From IMG/VR virus record IMGVR_UViG_3300005534_000003, positions 1 to 50,649 of that record: DNA of 50,649 nucleotides; one strand, written 5' to 3'. This stretch comes from a virus. Its lineage: Duplodnaviria > Caudoviricetes. Both the position numbers and the translations under genes were made by a program. The first letter of the stretch is position 1; every line of letters starts with the position of its first letter. Below the pieces are notes generated by a model. The model did not search any database and was not told where the DNA came from. It saw only the letters and a program-made list of their open reading frames with translations. Positions 8,824 to 17,883 of the stretch are shown piece after piece.

Positions 8824-10288
8824 AGCTGTCATCGTGCTCTTTGACGTTGAATTCTTGTGCCATTGCCGCGTCCATGCCCGCGCTTATGATCTCAGCGGTT
8901 TGCGCCTTGTCACCCTCCAAGAGCTTCTTGGGGATGAAGGTGTTCTCCTCGTTGTGCCTGAATGCCGGTGGGAGCGGGTTCGTCAGCAAGTCCACGCTCC
9001 GCACGAGGTACATCAGCATGGCGAAGCCATCATAGTGGCCGAATGTCTTTGATCGCGAGAACTCCTTGCCCCGAGCCCCGCCCTTCGTCTTGGTCCACAC
9101 CCCGTTCTTGAGACAGCCAAGCGTCTGCACGCATTTCGGACTTACGAAAACACGCCCTTCTTTGATAAGCTCACGCACATCTGACACCATAACGTCCAAA
9201 TAGGTCTTGCTTTCCACGGGCGAGAAGTAGAGATGATGCCGCAAATTGAAGTCCTGAAGAAGCGACGGTGTGTTGTTGTCCGCTATTCGCTTCTTGATCT
9301 CCGCATCCGCGAACACCTCTTTCTCCTTCGCTATGATTCGCTCAGCCAAAAGATCGGTGGTCTGCTCGGGGCTCTTCATACAAACCTCATCCCGAAGCAC
9401 GATTACTGACTTCCCACCAACCCATTCCACGCTAGCGAATCCGCACACGGAATTGTCCGTCCATCCCTGGTCCAGCGCATCGTACTTGAACCAAAACTTG
9501 AAGTTGTCCGTCTTCGGCATCTCTTTCTCATACTCCGGCTTCCACTCTGGGCACAGCTGAAAGTCGGTGTCGATGACGAACTCGCAAAAGAACTCGCGCC
9601 GTACCTTGTGGGAGGTGATGCCCCCAAGGTCCTTTATGAACTTCTCCTGCCGCTCCAGCGAGTAGTGGCTGTCGCGGATGGTGAGCTTCATGTAGGCCCC
9701 GTCTATTTCGGCCTGGTCGCAGTAGCCCTTGAACGCGTGGTCGGGAGTGACCGGAGGCGTTGACAGTAGGAGCATGTTGCCATTACGCGGGATCAGTGTA
9801 GACACCAACGCGCCATCGACTATCTCATCAAGATTCGCAGAGAAGCCCGCCTCGTCGAGTATGATTAGGTCGAACGCAAAAGAACGAAGGTTGTTGTAGG
9901 ACGTTCCCACGCCCTTCCCCACGCCCCTGAAAAGTATCTTGGACCCGTTTGGGAAGACGAGTTGCGTCTTCCTAAGCTTTGGCCGCAGGTGCTCTGGGCA
10001 TGTCGCGAACACCACATCGTAGAGCTGCCGCACGTACTCCTGCACGTCATCCACGGTGGGGGCTATGAACGCCACGAGGGCGTTCTTGTTGGCGATGCAC
10101 GTTTCAGCCCCTAGGAACAAGCCGAGGACGCTCTTGCCTATCTTTCTGGAGCAGTTGACGACGAACTTGGAGTTCTTGCCGATACTCAGCTTGAACCGGT
10201 CATAAATCTTCTTCTGGGACGGGTTCAGGTGAACATAGAGCCGCCCTATCTGCCAGGAAGCCTCGATGGCCTTCTCGGCGTCGGTCAC
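8816..10288 (-). CDS. terL: Terminase large subunit
   Basis: Walker A SRKIGKS, Walker B IILDEAG, STP motif III, nuclease D (ALDQGWTD) and C-terminal HYDG. Confidence 0.93.
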   Translation of the reverse strand: MTDAEKAIEASWQIGRLYVHLNPSQKKIYDRFKLSIGKNSKFVVNCSRKIGKSVLGLFLGAETCIANKNALVAFIAPTVDDVQEYVRQLYDVVFATCPEHLRPKLRKTQLVFPNGSKILFRGVGKGVGTSYNNLRSFAFDLIILDEAGFSANLDEIVDGALVSTLIPRNGNMLLLSTPPVTPDHAFKGYCDQAEIDGAYMKLTIRDSHYSLERQEKFIKDLGGITSHKVRREFFCEFVIDTDFQLCPEWKPEYEKEMPKTDNFKFWFKYDALDQGWTDNSVCGFASVEWVGGKSVIVLRDEVCMKSPEQTTDLLAERIIAKEKEVFADAEIKKRIADNNTPSLLQDFNLRHHLYFSPVESKTYLDVMVSDVRELIKEGRVFVSPKCVQTLGCLKNGVWTKTKGGARGKEFSRSKTFGHYDGFAMLMYLVRSVDLLTNPLPPAFRHNEENTFIPKKLLEGDKAQTAEIISAGMDAAMAQEFNVKEHDDSYD

Positions 10289-10291
10289 TGG

Positions 10292-10513
10292 CTACTCTAC
10301 AAACGTCTGTTGTGGCGGCAACTGACCGCTCGCCACACCGTTCGGCCCGCATATAACATGGCCCATGCACCCAGCGCGCCCACAATATCCGCACGTCCAC
10401 TGCGGCCAATACTGCGCGGGATACACGACCGGCCATAGCTGACCAGCCCGAGCCTGCGTGCAGGCGTGGCATTCGCATCTTTGGTGCATGTTTGACAGGT
10501 TCCCGTTGTCCAT
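10292..10513 (-). CDS. Cys/His-rich small hypothetical protein
   Basis: CECHAC and CGYCG motifs; coupled between neighbouring genes. Confidence 0.45.
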   Translation of the reverse strand: MDNGNLSNMHQRCECHACTQARAGQLWPVVYPAQYWPQWTCGYCGRAGCMGHVICGPNGVASGQLPPQQTFVE

Positions 10514-10848
10514 TATGCCTTCGGAGCCTCGGCGGAGCCATGCTCGTCCGACAGGGACGCGGCGGTGGCCTTCTTGGCCTCGTCCACATTCACCTTGCTC
10601 AGCTCGGCCTTCGCAGCGGCCTCGATCTGCTTCGCCAGGTTCTCTCCCCGCACCTTAAAATCATTGTACTGGAACGCTAGGAAGTTCAGCACCTCCGCTA
10701 CCTTGCCACCTAGATGCCCAGGATGCGATGCTTGGGCTATGTAGTCGTGCGCGCGGGCAAAGAGGTCACGGACGGCTTCAATGTCCTTTAAAGACGCGGC
10801 AGGCGGCTGTGCGGCTGGTTGCGGTACGGCATTAGGTGTTTCGTTCAT
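10513..10848 (-). CDS. Hypothetical helical protein
   Basis: GGGGAG RBS; natural amino-acid composition. Confidence 0.7.
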   Translation of the reverse strand: MNETPNAVPQPAAQPPAASLKDIEAVRDLFARAHDYIAQASHPGHLGGKVAEVLNFLAFQYNDFKVRGENLAKQIEAAAKAELSKVNVDEAKKATAASLSDEHGSAEAPKA

Positions 10849-11049
10849 TTTCGATTCTCCCCGATGTTTATTTCCCGTTAGGGATTATTGTGCTACAAAT
10901 AGATCAATAAAACGTTGTGCTATCTTTATAGCAACTGGTAGCTGGCCCAAACCACCCACACGCTCCTGCACTTCGGGCACATTGTCGGCCCCAGCTTCCC
11001 CTCGAAGCGGTACCGACAATAGTCGTCCATGCAGACGTACTGTTCCAAG

Positions 11050-11436
11050 CTATCGCCCCTTCTCCTCCGGCACCTTAATGCCCTCGACATCGTACACGCA
11101 TCCGGTGATCCCCTCACTCCACCCGAGGCCATTTATGTCGCACCAGTATCGGCTATTCAGGTCATTGTCAGCGCAGTCCCTCAGCCAGTGCAGCATGATC
11201 TCCCCGCCGCACGTGACGCACTTGCGCCCCATGAACCGGTCCAGGCCCTCGGGATTGTACTCGTCTAATCGGATGATGCCATTCTCTGTCAGCTCGTGTA
11301 TCGGACATCCGTCCTCGCGTGCTTTCGTGGGCGTCTTCATGCACCACTTGCAACGCATGAGCATAACCGTCTCGTGGGGATTGTCCCCTACTTCCATTGA
11401 GCGTCCCGGCATGTCCGTGAAGTCGTGGCCTAGCAT
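11050..11436 (-). CDS. Cys-rich hypothetical protein
   Basis: CKWC and CVTC motifs; G-rich RBS. Confidence 0.5.
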   Translation of the reverse strand: MLGHDFTDMPGRSMEVGDNPHETVMLMRCKWCMKTPTKAREDGCPIHELTENGIIRLDEYNPEGLDRFMGRKCVTCGGEIMLHWLRDCADNDLNSRYWCDINGLGWSEGITGCVYDVEGIKVPEEKGR

Positions 11437-11623
11437 CCTCGCCCCCCGCCATACATCTCATAAAGCTCATGTATCCATTCAGGAATATGGCATGGGCATC
11501 CATCACCATGCTTGATCTTGTCACTCATTCGGCCACCTTTCCCTCTCGGCAAACTCTGGACATCTACACATGAGACACGGCCCATCTGAATGTGACGACT
11601 CGCTATGGTCGCACGCGCATACC

Positions 11624-12028
11624 CTAGGAATGCTTCGAGTCAAGGACGTGCTCAATGAATCTATTCTGCACAACGACGCGCATGGCTCGCTTAGGAAGTT
11701 TGGCTATCATGCGCCGCACCTCGTCGTTATCCTTGGGGTCCAATGCTCCGACACGTATCATGTTAGGCGGCATAGGTGCCAAGAAATCATTGTCCGTATC
11801 CAGCCAGTCGCTTGCCCCTTCATACAAGCCGAGCAGGTCAAGGCTGAAGCTATCCAAGGATACGCCTATCATCGTATAGCCTTGTAGCTCGTCATGCTTA
11901 CGTTTAATCGTTTGCTCTAGATACAATTCCCCGACATTATAACCGTTCGCATCTTGATACTTCCTAACGATACACAAGTTAACGGGACGCGGGCTAAAGA
12001 GATTCTTTAGATAAGCTATCAAGCGCAT
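11624..12028 (-). CDS. Hypothetical protein with weak DUF5675-like outline
   Basis: LCIVRKY...VGELYL N-terminus, but no IHxGN/GCI motif. Confidence 0.5.
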   Translation of the reverse strand: MRLIAYLKNLFSPRPVNLCIVRKYQDANGYNVGELYLEQTIKRKHDELQGYTMIGVSLDSFSLDLLGLYEGASDWLDTDNDFLAPMPPNMIRVGALDPKDNDEVRRMIAKLPKRAMRVVVQNRFIEHVLDSKHS

Positions 12029-12428
12029 CCGCTAACCTCCGAAGAATAGTAGGATTATCTTTCCCCATACCTAGGACATGATTACAATCGGAGCACAATA
12101 GAAAGCGAAATGTTCCCGTCTTATGGTCGTGGTCAGCGTTTAGTCGTTCCTTCAATTCTGATTGATGACGCATACAGCCAACACATTTCCCACCTTGGAT
12201 TTGATATTGTCTATCGTAATCGACGGGAGTAAATCTAGAACCGTCCACATTTTTAATCCCTTGACTAGCCCATTTGCTAGCGCGTTGCCAAGGCCGATAC
12301 ATGTCGGGATGCGCTCTACGCCAAACATCCGATGCCTTGTTAGCACACGTTCGACAACCACGGCTTGTGGTGCGGCCAACAATATGGGTGTCATGACCCT
12401 TAACGCAAAACTGTTTCGGTATGCTCAT
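11994..12428 (-). CDS. Endonuclease VII-family HNH homing endonuclease
   Basis: QGGKCVGC...DHDHKTG...LLCSDCN...G; N-terminal CVKGH...CRTC; start set at MSIPKQ. Confidence 0.85.
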   Translation of the reverse strand: MSIPKQFCVKGHDTHIVGRTTSRGCRTCANKASDVWRRAHPDMYRPWQRASKWASQGIKNVDGSRFTPVDYDRQYQIQGGKCVGCMRHQSELKERLNADHDHKTGTFRFLLCSDCNHVLGMGKDNPTILRRLADALDSLSKESL

Positions 12429-12820
12429 TCTCTCCCCTCTAGCGCATCCAGCGCAATTATAGCCGCCTTGCTTGCCCTGCCTTTCCATTTCCGTACGGGT
12501 ACTTTGTTTGTCGTGGTGATAAGATACGGCAAGAGCCGGAGCCATAATTTGATACGCGCCCGATTATTTGCAAGGATAGCGCGGGCAAAGTCTTCCTGCC
12601 AATTCAGCCCTGCTTTACGGAATGCCTTGGATATACTGCTCGGATGCTTGGCGTGCAGGTTGCGGGCACCTTTTGGCCTGCCGGTTGACTTGTTAAGCTT
12701 AGCTAACGGTATCCCCGCACCGTTAACAGGTGTTAAGGATTCCATGCCCGCTTGCATTGCTTTAACACCTACCGCAAAACTACTTGATTCTTCTATCATA
12801 AATTGGGTACTATGGCCCAT
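12425..12820 (-). CDS. Putative terminase small subunit (true start may be internal)
   Basis: GRPKGARN motif, basic, first gene of the leftward packaging operon. Confidence 0.5.
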   Translation of the reverse strand: MGHSTQFMIEESSSFAVGVKAMQAGMESLTPVNGAGIPLAKLNKSTGRPKGARNLHAKHPSSISKAFRKAGLNWQEDFARAILANNRARIKLWLRLLPYLITTTNKVPVRKWKGRASKAAIIALDALEGRE

Positions 12821-13151
12821 GTGGGCAGAATACGGGGCGAATAAATGGGTATTATAAATCTACCGCACAATGCGCCTATCAAGAAATAAACGCATTATAT
12901 GCTAGCATTCTAGCAACGTAGTGACCTAACAAGCTAGTATGTTAGTTTTTTACTATCCTACTTTGCAACGTTGCAAGCTCACTACTTTCAACGCTATAAC
13001 TAGCACGGATAAGCACTAGCATACAAAGAATACAGAAAACGCAAGGAGACATATAGACGTTGCCGCCATTTGGATTATGTCACCTCAGTGACCCCGCCTA
13101 CTGGTGTCTCACGTCCAGGGGCGAACAATCTTAAACGCTATTGCCTAGGAT

Positions 13152-13181
13152 AAAAGAAAAAGAAGCATACGCAATGTATGC
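13152..13181 (-). terminator. Intrinsic terminator-like hairpin directly after the leftward promoter motif
   Basis: Minus strand GCATAC-attgc-GTATGC followed by TTCTTTTTCTTTT. Confidence 0.5.
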
Positions 13182-13182
13182 C

Positions 13183-13222
13183 CCTCTCATTATAGGGGCC
13201 AATAACAGCGTTTTGCCGTACA
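13183..13222 (-). promoter_or_regulatory. 40-bp promoter-like motif, copy A (faces the virion arm)
   Basis: tgtacggcaaaa-cgctg-ttat-t-ggccccTATAATgagagg; 35/40 identical to 17680-17719. Confidence 0.7.
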
Positions 13223-13306
13223 ACGTCGCGGGTAGCCGCGCCGATGCTATAAAATAAATCGGATGTCGAATTCTCATATACTACAATGCGTTTTGTTTCC
13301 TATCCC

Positions 13307-13335
13307 TTGACATTCTAGCGTTTTGGTGATATCCT
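13307..13335 (+). promoter_or_regulatory. Sigma70-type early promoter
   Basis: TTGACA-17 nt-TATCCT with extended TGn; ATG at 13341 is near the predicted +1. Confidence 0.7.
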
Positions 13336-13340
13336 TACGC

Positions 13341-13535
13341 ATGGACAACAAACAAGCGAAAGCAGAAGCAATGAAGCAAGTGGAAGCATGGATAGCGAAG
13401 AGCAAACAAACGAGACAAGCGAAGACTGACTACAATGATAAAGCGATAGAAGTACCTAGTGCATGGGCACACCAATGCCCATACGGACTGGATCACGATG
13501 ATGTGGAAACGTTAAGAGACTGGGGGATAATTTAA
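13341..13535 (+). CDS. First early protein, probably leaderless
   Basis: MDNKQAKAE...; no SD sequence; TAATG-coupled to the next gene. Confidence 0.6.
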   Translation: MDNKQAKAEAMKQVEAWIAKSKQTRQAKTDYNDKAIEVPSAWAHQCPYGLDHDDVETLRDWGII

Positions 13536-13768
13536 TGACCCAAACAAAGACCTATCATAGAAGCGGATGCGAGAGAGTGTTTAAACGATATGATGCGGCA
13601 TGTCCCCGCTGTCAAGAGCTGGCCGCCGGAGCGGAAGCGCGGCGAGGCTGGGGGCCGTCTCGTGAGCAAAGAGACGCACAAGCAAGCGCGGAAATACACG
13701 CGCATTTCAGCGGCGAGAAACACCGCTCGGGCGGATGCGGCGTTGTGTGTACGTTCGGGGAGTGGTAA
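13535..13768 (+). CDS. Small Cys/His early protein
   Basis: CPRC and C-terminal CGVVCTFGEW; coupled start. Confidence 0.65.
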   Translation: MTQTKTYHRSGCERVFKRYDAACPRCQELAAGAEARRGWGPSREQRDAQASAEIHAHFSGEKHRSGGCGVVCTFGEW

Positions 13769-13954
13769 ACGTGGAAACGTGCGAGACATGCGGCAAAGAG
13801 ATAACGGACCCTCGCGAAGTGGCCTATCCGCACGGACACCACGGCGAGGACGTGCAATGCCTTGGATGCTATACAAGCGGCGCGGACGCCATATATGAAG
13901 AGTCACAAGATAGACGCGGGATTGACGGCAATTTAAAATGAGCCAAAAGACCCA

Positions 13955-13983
13955 TTGCAATTAGGTCCGACATATGTTAAGCT
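13955..13983 (+). promoter_or_regulatory. Second sigma70-type early promoter
   Basis: TTGCAA-17 nt-TAAGCT with TGn, upstream of the AAGGAG RBS of 14019. Confidence 0.5.
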
Positions 13984-14018
13984 TAAAGCGACACCAAAAA
14001 ACAAAAGGAGATAACACA

Positions 14019-14279
14019 ATGAACCTAACACCGATAAGAGCGAACATGACCGAGCTGGAGCTGGACGGAATGACGGTGCTTTTCAGCTACAAAACACCAG
14101 TGGCCGCGCTCGTACGCGAGCAAACAGCAGACGGTTTAATGACTTGGCACCAATATAAAACGGAAAAGTTTTGGTCCCGCACAACGTCGCGCCATATCAA
14201 CCAATGGAATCCACGCGGTGGCGCATTTGGTCTTAAACCTCAAGAATATTTCGACAATCTTCTCGCGGAGGTGAAATAA
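14019..14279 (+). CDS. Conserved phage early protein
   Basis: VLFSYKTPVA...WSRTTSRHINQW pattern common in phages; strong RBS. Confidence 0.75.
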   Translation: MNLTPIRANMTELELDGMTVLFSYKTPVAALVREQTADGLMTWHQYKTEKFWSRTTSRHINQWNPRGGAFGLKPQEYFDNLLAEVK

Positions 14280-14414
14280 CATGGGCCCATGGTATATGTG
14301 TCCCTTGTGCTTCAAAGACATAGAAGGGTGGGTACGTATTCCAAATCCCGTGCCATGTGACGAGTGTGCTAGTACGCTAGTGCTCAACGCTATAAATTCT
14401 AAGGAGGAAACAAT

Positions 14415-14627
14415 ATGAATCTTTCAGAATTAGTAGATGAAATGGTACAGGATTCTATAGAACATTTTGAAGAAGACGGTATGACTGTTACTATGCCGGA
14501 TGATGTTAAATTAAATCTCAAAAATGAAATGTGGCAAAGACTATACGACGCTGTAAATGATATCAGAGACGATATTGAGCTAGACGTAAGAGCTCATGCT
14601 GTTATGAATGACGAGGAGGTAGCATAA
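14415..14627 (+). CDS. Highly acidic small protein
   Basis: AAGGAGG RBS; Asp/Glu-rich. Confidence 0.7.
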   Translation: MNLSELVDEMVQDSIEHFEEDGMTVTMPDDVKLNLKNEMWQRLYDAVNDIRDDIELDVRAHAVMNDEEVA

Positions 14628-14628
14628 T

Positions 14629-14811
14629 ATGCCAACCAAACAAAAGCCGCTCATGCGTAAAGAACGTCCCCAGTCTGATTTTAAAGGGGGATGGTTTGAA
14701 ATGTGGACTATCATTTCACCATTCTATGACGAAAAAGGATTTAATCGCGAAGGTAGCACATTCTCCCGAGAGGGATTAGCTCGACTAGGTATTACGCCGG
14801 AGGTTAAATAA
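14629..14811 (+). CDS. Hypothetical protein
   Basis: GAGGAGG RBS; tight gene packing. Confidence 0.6.
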   Translation: MPTKQKPLMRKERPQSDFKGGWFEMWTIISPFYDEKGFNREGSTFSREGLARLGITPEVK

Positions 14812-15149
14812 TGTCCCCCGCAATGACGTGCCAGCTTTGCCATAAATTGTTAGCCGGTAGCGTCGACGGACAAACGGCGCATATGCGAAGATACCACAAT
14901 GTAAGTATAACTCGCAAATATATACCTATGGACCCCGAAGTAAAAGCACGGATTGTACAAAAAGTAGAGACCCGCCTAGGGGATCATATCATAGGCACGA
15001 ATGGGCGGCCCGTCTTTGTAGCCTCAAAAGCATATGAGGCACGAGCACAAGCGCGGCAACTATTAACACAAGCGACGGACGAAAGCACACGACAAGAGCT
15101 AGAAAAAATGATTGACGATTTAACGATAATCATAAGGGGGCAAAAATGA
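14811..15149 (+). CDS. C2H2-type zinc-finger protein
   Basis: CQLC-x13-HMRRYH; GGAGG RBS. Confidence 0.6.
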   Translation: MSPAMTCQLCHKLLAGSVDGQTAHMRRYHNVSITRKYIPMDPEVKARIVQKVETRLGDHIIGTNGRPVFVASKAYEARAQARQLLTQATDESTRQELEKMIDDLTIIIRGQK

Positions 15150-15622
15150 AACGTACATTAGTGATAGGAATCATAGTTTTAGGATTGTTTGGCCGTGCTT
15201 ATGCCGATGATGATGGAGAGATAGGGCCGCAAGGTCCTGTCGGTCCACAAGGACCGCAAGGGATACAAGGTCCTATAGGACCCGCCGGTAAAAATGGTGT
15301 CAATGGGCAACCCGGCACAAACGGAATAAATGGAATACAAGGTCCGGCAGGTGTAAAAGGTTCTAGTGGCGCGAACGGAACTAATGGGACAAATGGTACT
15401 AACGGAAAAGACGGTGACAGCGGATTAGATGCTACTCATGAAAATATAGGGGTGACAGTCCGATGGATCGATAAGCAGCGATTCTTTCTGACGAGTGGTT
15501 ATAAGTTTGACGTAAATCATCATGAACAAGAGATAGATATGATGGTATTAAATATAAAAATCGGATCATCTTATGAAGAACGCGAAATATCGCATCTTCG
15601 CAAACAGTTAGGGCTAAAATGA
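15146..15622 (+). CDS. Exported collagen-like protein
   Basis: Signal peptide ending AYA, 24 consecutive Gly-X-Y triplets and a beta-rich C-terminus. Confidence 0.85.
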   Translation: MKRTLVIGIIVLGLFGRAYADDDGEIGPQGPVGPQGPQGIQGPIGPAGKNGVNGQPGTNGINGIQGPAGVKGSSGANGTNGTNGTNGKDGDSGLDATHENIGVTVRWIDKQRFFLTSGYKFDVNHHEQEIDMMVLNIKIGSSYEEREISHLRKQLGLK

Positions 15623-15922
15623 GTTGGCCAAAACAAAAATCGCCACAAGGGGGTAATACGATGAGTTGTGAACGTTGGCAACACCAATATCAGTTTGTAA
15701 GTTGTCACATGGGTGAGGAAGAATATCGTTGTATCCATTGTGGTGACGAGCGGCGGCAATATGCCGATACATGCTCGGGGGGATAATATGAAACCATATG
15801 CACTTTGTTCTAACTGTTTAGATGGTCACGCAATACTTACATGGTGGCAAGATGGAGGAGCAAAAGTTTTTTACTGGTTTTGTATAGATTGTCATATCGA
15901 AATGCCACGATAGGGGGATAAC

Positions 15923-16273
15923 ATGGAAGAACACAAGCTAATAAAAGTGACGAACGGATGGACAACGGACTACGAAATATTTTCAGAGGCAACTATATGG
16001 ATATTCAATAAGTTTCTAGATTCTCGTCGAGAATTATTTGTATGCTCCGAAGATGCGATAAGAGGCGAACGCTTTACCAATGATTCAAGGGTGCTTTTAC
16101 GGCTTCAGTCGATGTTTTCTGAGCAAGACTTTCTGGCAAGGCCGCAACAGTGCATAGACGCGGCGTTGCTTAATTGTGCTAAATCAGATCGTTGGTACGC
16201 ATTTGAAAAAGACTGGGGCAATGACGACAATGAGTTATACGATGCGTACGGGGATGAAGGCAATGATTATTAA
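15923..16273 (+). CDS. Hypothetical protein
   Basis: GGGGGA RBS; acidic tail. Confidence 0.65.
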   Translation: MEEHKLIKVTNGWTTDYEIFSEATIWIFNKFLDSRRELFVCSEDAIRGERFTNDSRVLLRLQSMFSEQDFLARPQQCIDAALLNCAKSDRWYAFEKDWGNDDNELYDAYGDEGNDY

Positions 16274-16438
16274 AACTCTGTATCTCATTCTCTATGTCTT
16301 CACGGGACATCCAGCTATTGGAATCGGCGCGGCTTGTGCATGGGACGAGCCCACAAAGCAATGGGTATGCAACTACGAAAGTATCAAAGATTGTCTCGCG
16401 TATAACGACGATTGTATCAAACGAAGGAGGTTTGGAAA

Positions 16439-16654
16439 ATGAATACATTCACTGATAATGATTTGAAGCGGTTGAAAGAAAACTTGAAGCATTATAGTCC
16501 TCACGTGCCCTTGAGTACGGTTGATGGTACAGCTCTCCTCGCCCGTTTGGAAGCGGCGGAACAATGTTTTACTGAGCGAGAATGTGATTGTATGGAAATC
16601 CCTTGTTGGCATAGAAAGAGTTTAGAAAAATGGCGCAAGGCGGCGGGGAAATGA
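16439..16654 (+). CDS. Hypothetical protein
   Basis: AAGGAGG RBS; FTDNDLKRLKE...ALLARLEAAE. Confidence 0.65.
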   Translation: MNTFTDNDLKRLKENLKHYSPHVPLSTVDGTALLARLEAAEQCFTERECDCMEIPCWHRKSLEKWRKAAGK

Positions 16655-17145
16655 TTAAAAAGATTTGTGCCGTCTGCGGCCAGTTAAAAACCGGCAAAGA
16701 CTTCTATCTTCGTGGCGGAAAAGAGCGGAAGAAAGCATATCTTAGAAGTGTTTGCATTAAATGCTATTGGAAAAGTCGTGCAAGTGCTCATAAGAAGTGG
16801 GCGCATACTACCCACGGACGCTTTTTAATGGCGAGAAAAATTGCTAAAATGCACAAACATATCTGGGCTCTATCCGAAGAAGACTATACTGTTCTCTTAA
16901 AACTCCCATGCTACTATTGTCGACGCATTCATTTTGAGACGGGGATCGGTCTTGACCGTATCGACAATAGTTTGGGATATGAAAAGACAAATGTTTTACC
17001 ATGTTGTGGGACATGCAATAGAATACGCTGTCATCTTTTAACAGTCGAAGAAATGAAAGCAGTGATGGAAATGTTAATCAAGTTTCGCGCGGAGAAAAAA
17101 ATAAAAGAAAGTCTAGCCGTCGGAGGACTACGAGGTGCGACATGA
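16651..17145 (+). CDS. HNH-like endonuclease with N-terminal zinc ribbon
   Basis: PCYYC...GLDRIDNSLGYEKTNVLPCCGTCN; N-terminal KICAVCGQLK...CIKC. Confidence 0.8.
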   Translation: MIKKICAVCGQLKTGKDFYLRGGKERKKAYLRSVCIKCYWKSRASAHKKWAHTTHGRFLMARKIAKMHKHIWALSEEDYTVLLKLPCYYCRRIHFETGIGLDRIDNSLGYEKTNVLPCCGTCNRIRCHLLTVEEMKAVMEMLIKFRAEKKIKESLAVGGLRGAT

Positions 17146-17510
17146 TAATCAAAGCACTATTGCTAGGCACATTGATAGCGACCAGTTATCGGCCAGTCCC
17201 GTGGCAAACGAAACCAGAATGTATGAGCCGCGACCATTGCAGGACGGCCAACAATGAAAACGTTTCTGAACTGGGTGTGGCTGTATCTCAGGACTTTCTT
17301 GATAGCGGGGTTTTGCATTACGGTGATTGCTTGTATATTGATGGGGTGGGCTTTCGTTTGGTTAACGATTGTCTTAATCGTCGGTATACAAAAAGTGTTG
17401 ATGTTTTTGTCTATACTCAAAAAGAAGAACGAGCATTCGGGGTCCGACATTTAAAAGTGTGGCTCATAACACAGCCGGTCAAAACAGAAATCGCCGAGGA
17501 GGCAAAATGA
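17142..17510 (+). CDS. 3D-domain (MltA-like) peptidoglycan-active protein
   Basis: ATSY...TA...VAVSQD...GDCLYIDGVG..VND...VDVFV pattern. Confidence 0.7.
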   Translation: MIIKALLLGTLIATSYRPVPWQTKPECMSRDHCRTANNENVSELGVAVSQDFLDSGVLHYGDCLYIDGVGFRLVNDCLNRRYTKSVDVFVYTQKEERAFGVRHLKVWLITQPVKTEIAEEAK

Positions 17511-17679
17511 ACTATAAATCGTATCCAAACTGTAAGACAACGCGTTCGCGGCTAGCCCGCAAACATCTCCGTCAAGAAGTGTTCATGTTCAACAAGAAGG
17601 CAGCCCGTGCGCGGCGCAAAGCGGTTCGGCTTTTGAGACGCCAGTTAGAACAAGGCGAATAATCAATGGGAATACACGG

Positions 17680-17719
17680 TGTACGGCAAAATGGCCTTAT
17701 CGGCCCCTATAATGAGAGG
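17680..17719 (+). promoter_or_regulatory. 40-bp promoter-like motif, copy B (faces the replication genes)
   Basis: tgtacggcaaaa-tggcc-ttat-c-ggccccTATAATgagagg; intergenic. Confidence 0.7.
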
Positions 17720-17727
17720 AGTCTACC

Positions 17728-17883
17728 ATGCTAAAAAACGTTACAACGAATGATGAAACTTTTCTATGCGAAGATGGACAAGGAAATGGGTGCGGTCGTC
17801 TATTCGATGGCGTCGCTATACGCCAAATCCGAGGCCTCTGTGAGGTTTGCGCGGCTGACTTGCCAGACGAGGAAGGTTGCTAA
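17728..17883 (+). CDS. 51-aa Cys-containing microprotein
   Basis: GAGGAG RBS; C-x7-C...CEVC; TAATG-coupled to the sigma-like gene. Confidence 0.55.
   Translation: MLKNVTTNDETFLCEDGQGNGCGRLFDGVAIRQIRGLCEVCAADLPDEEGC

Noticed and set aside
13183-17719. Invertible segment bounded by the 40-bp inverted repeats
   Set aside because: No serine or tyrosine recombinase was recognised, the repeats have internal mismatches and contain a perfect -10 box, so a promoter reading fits better.
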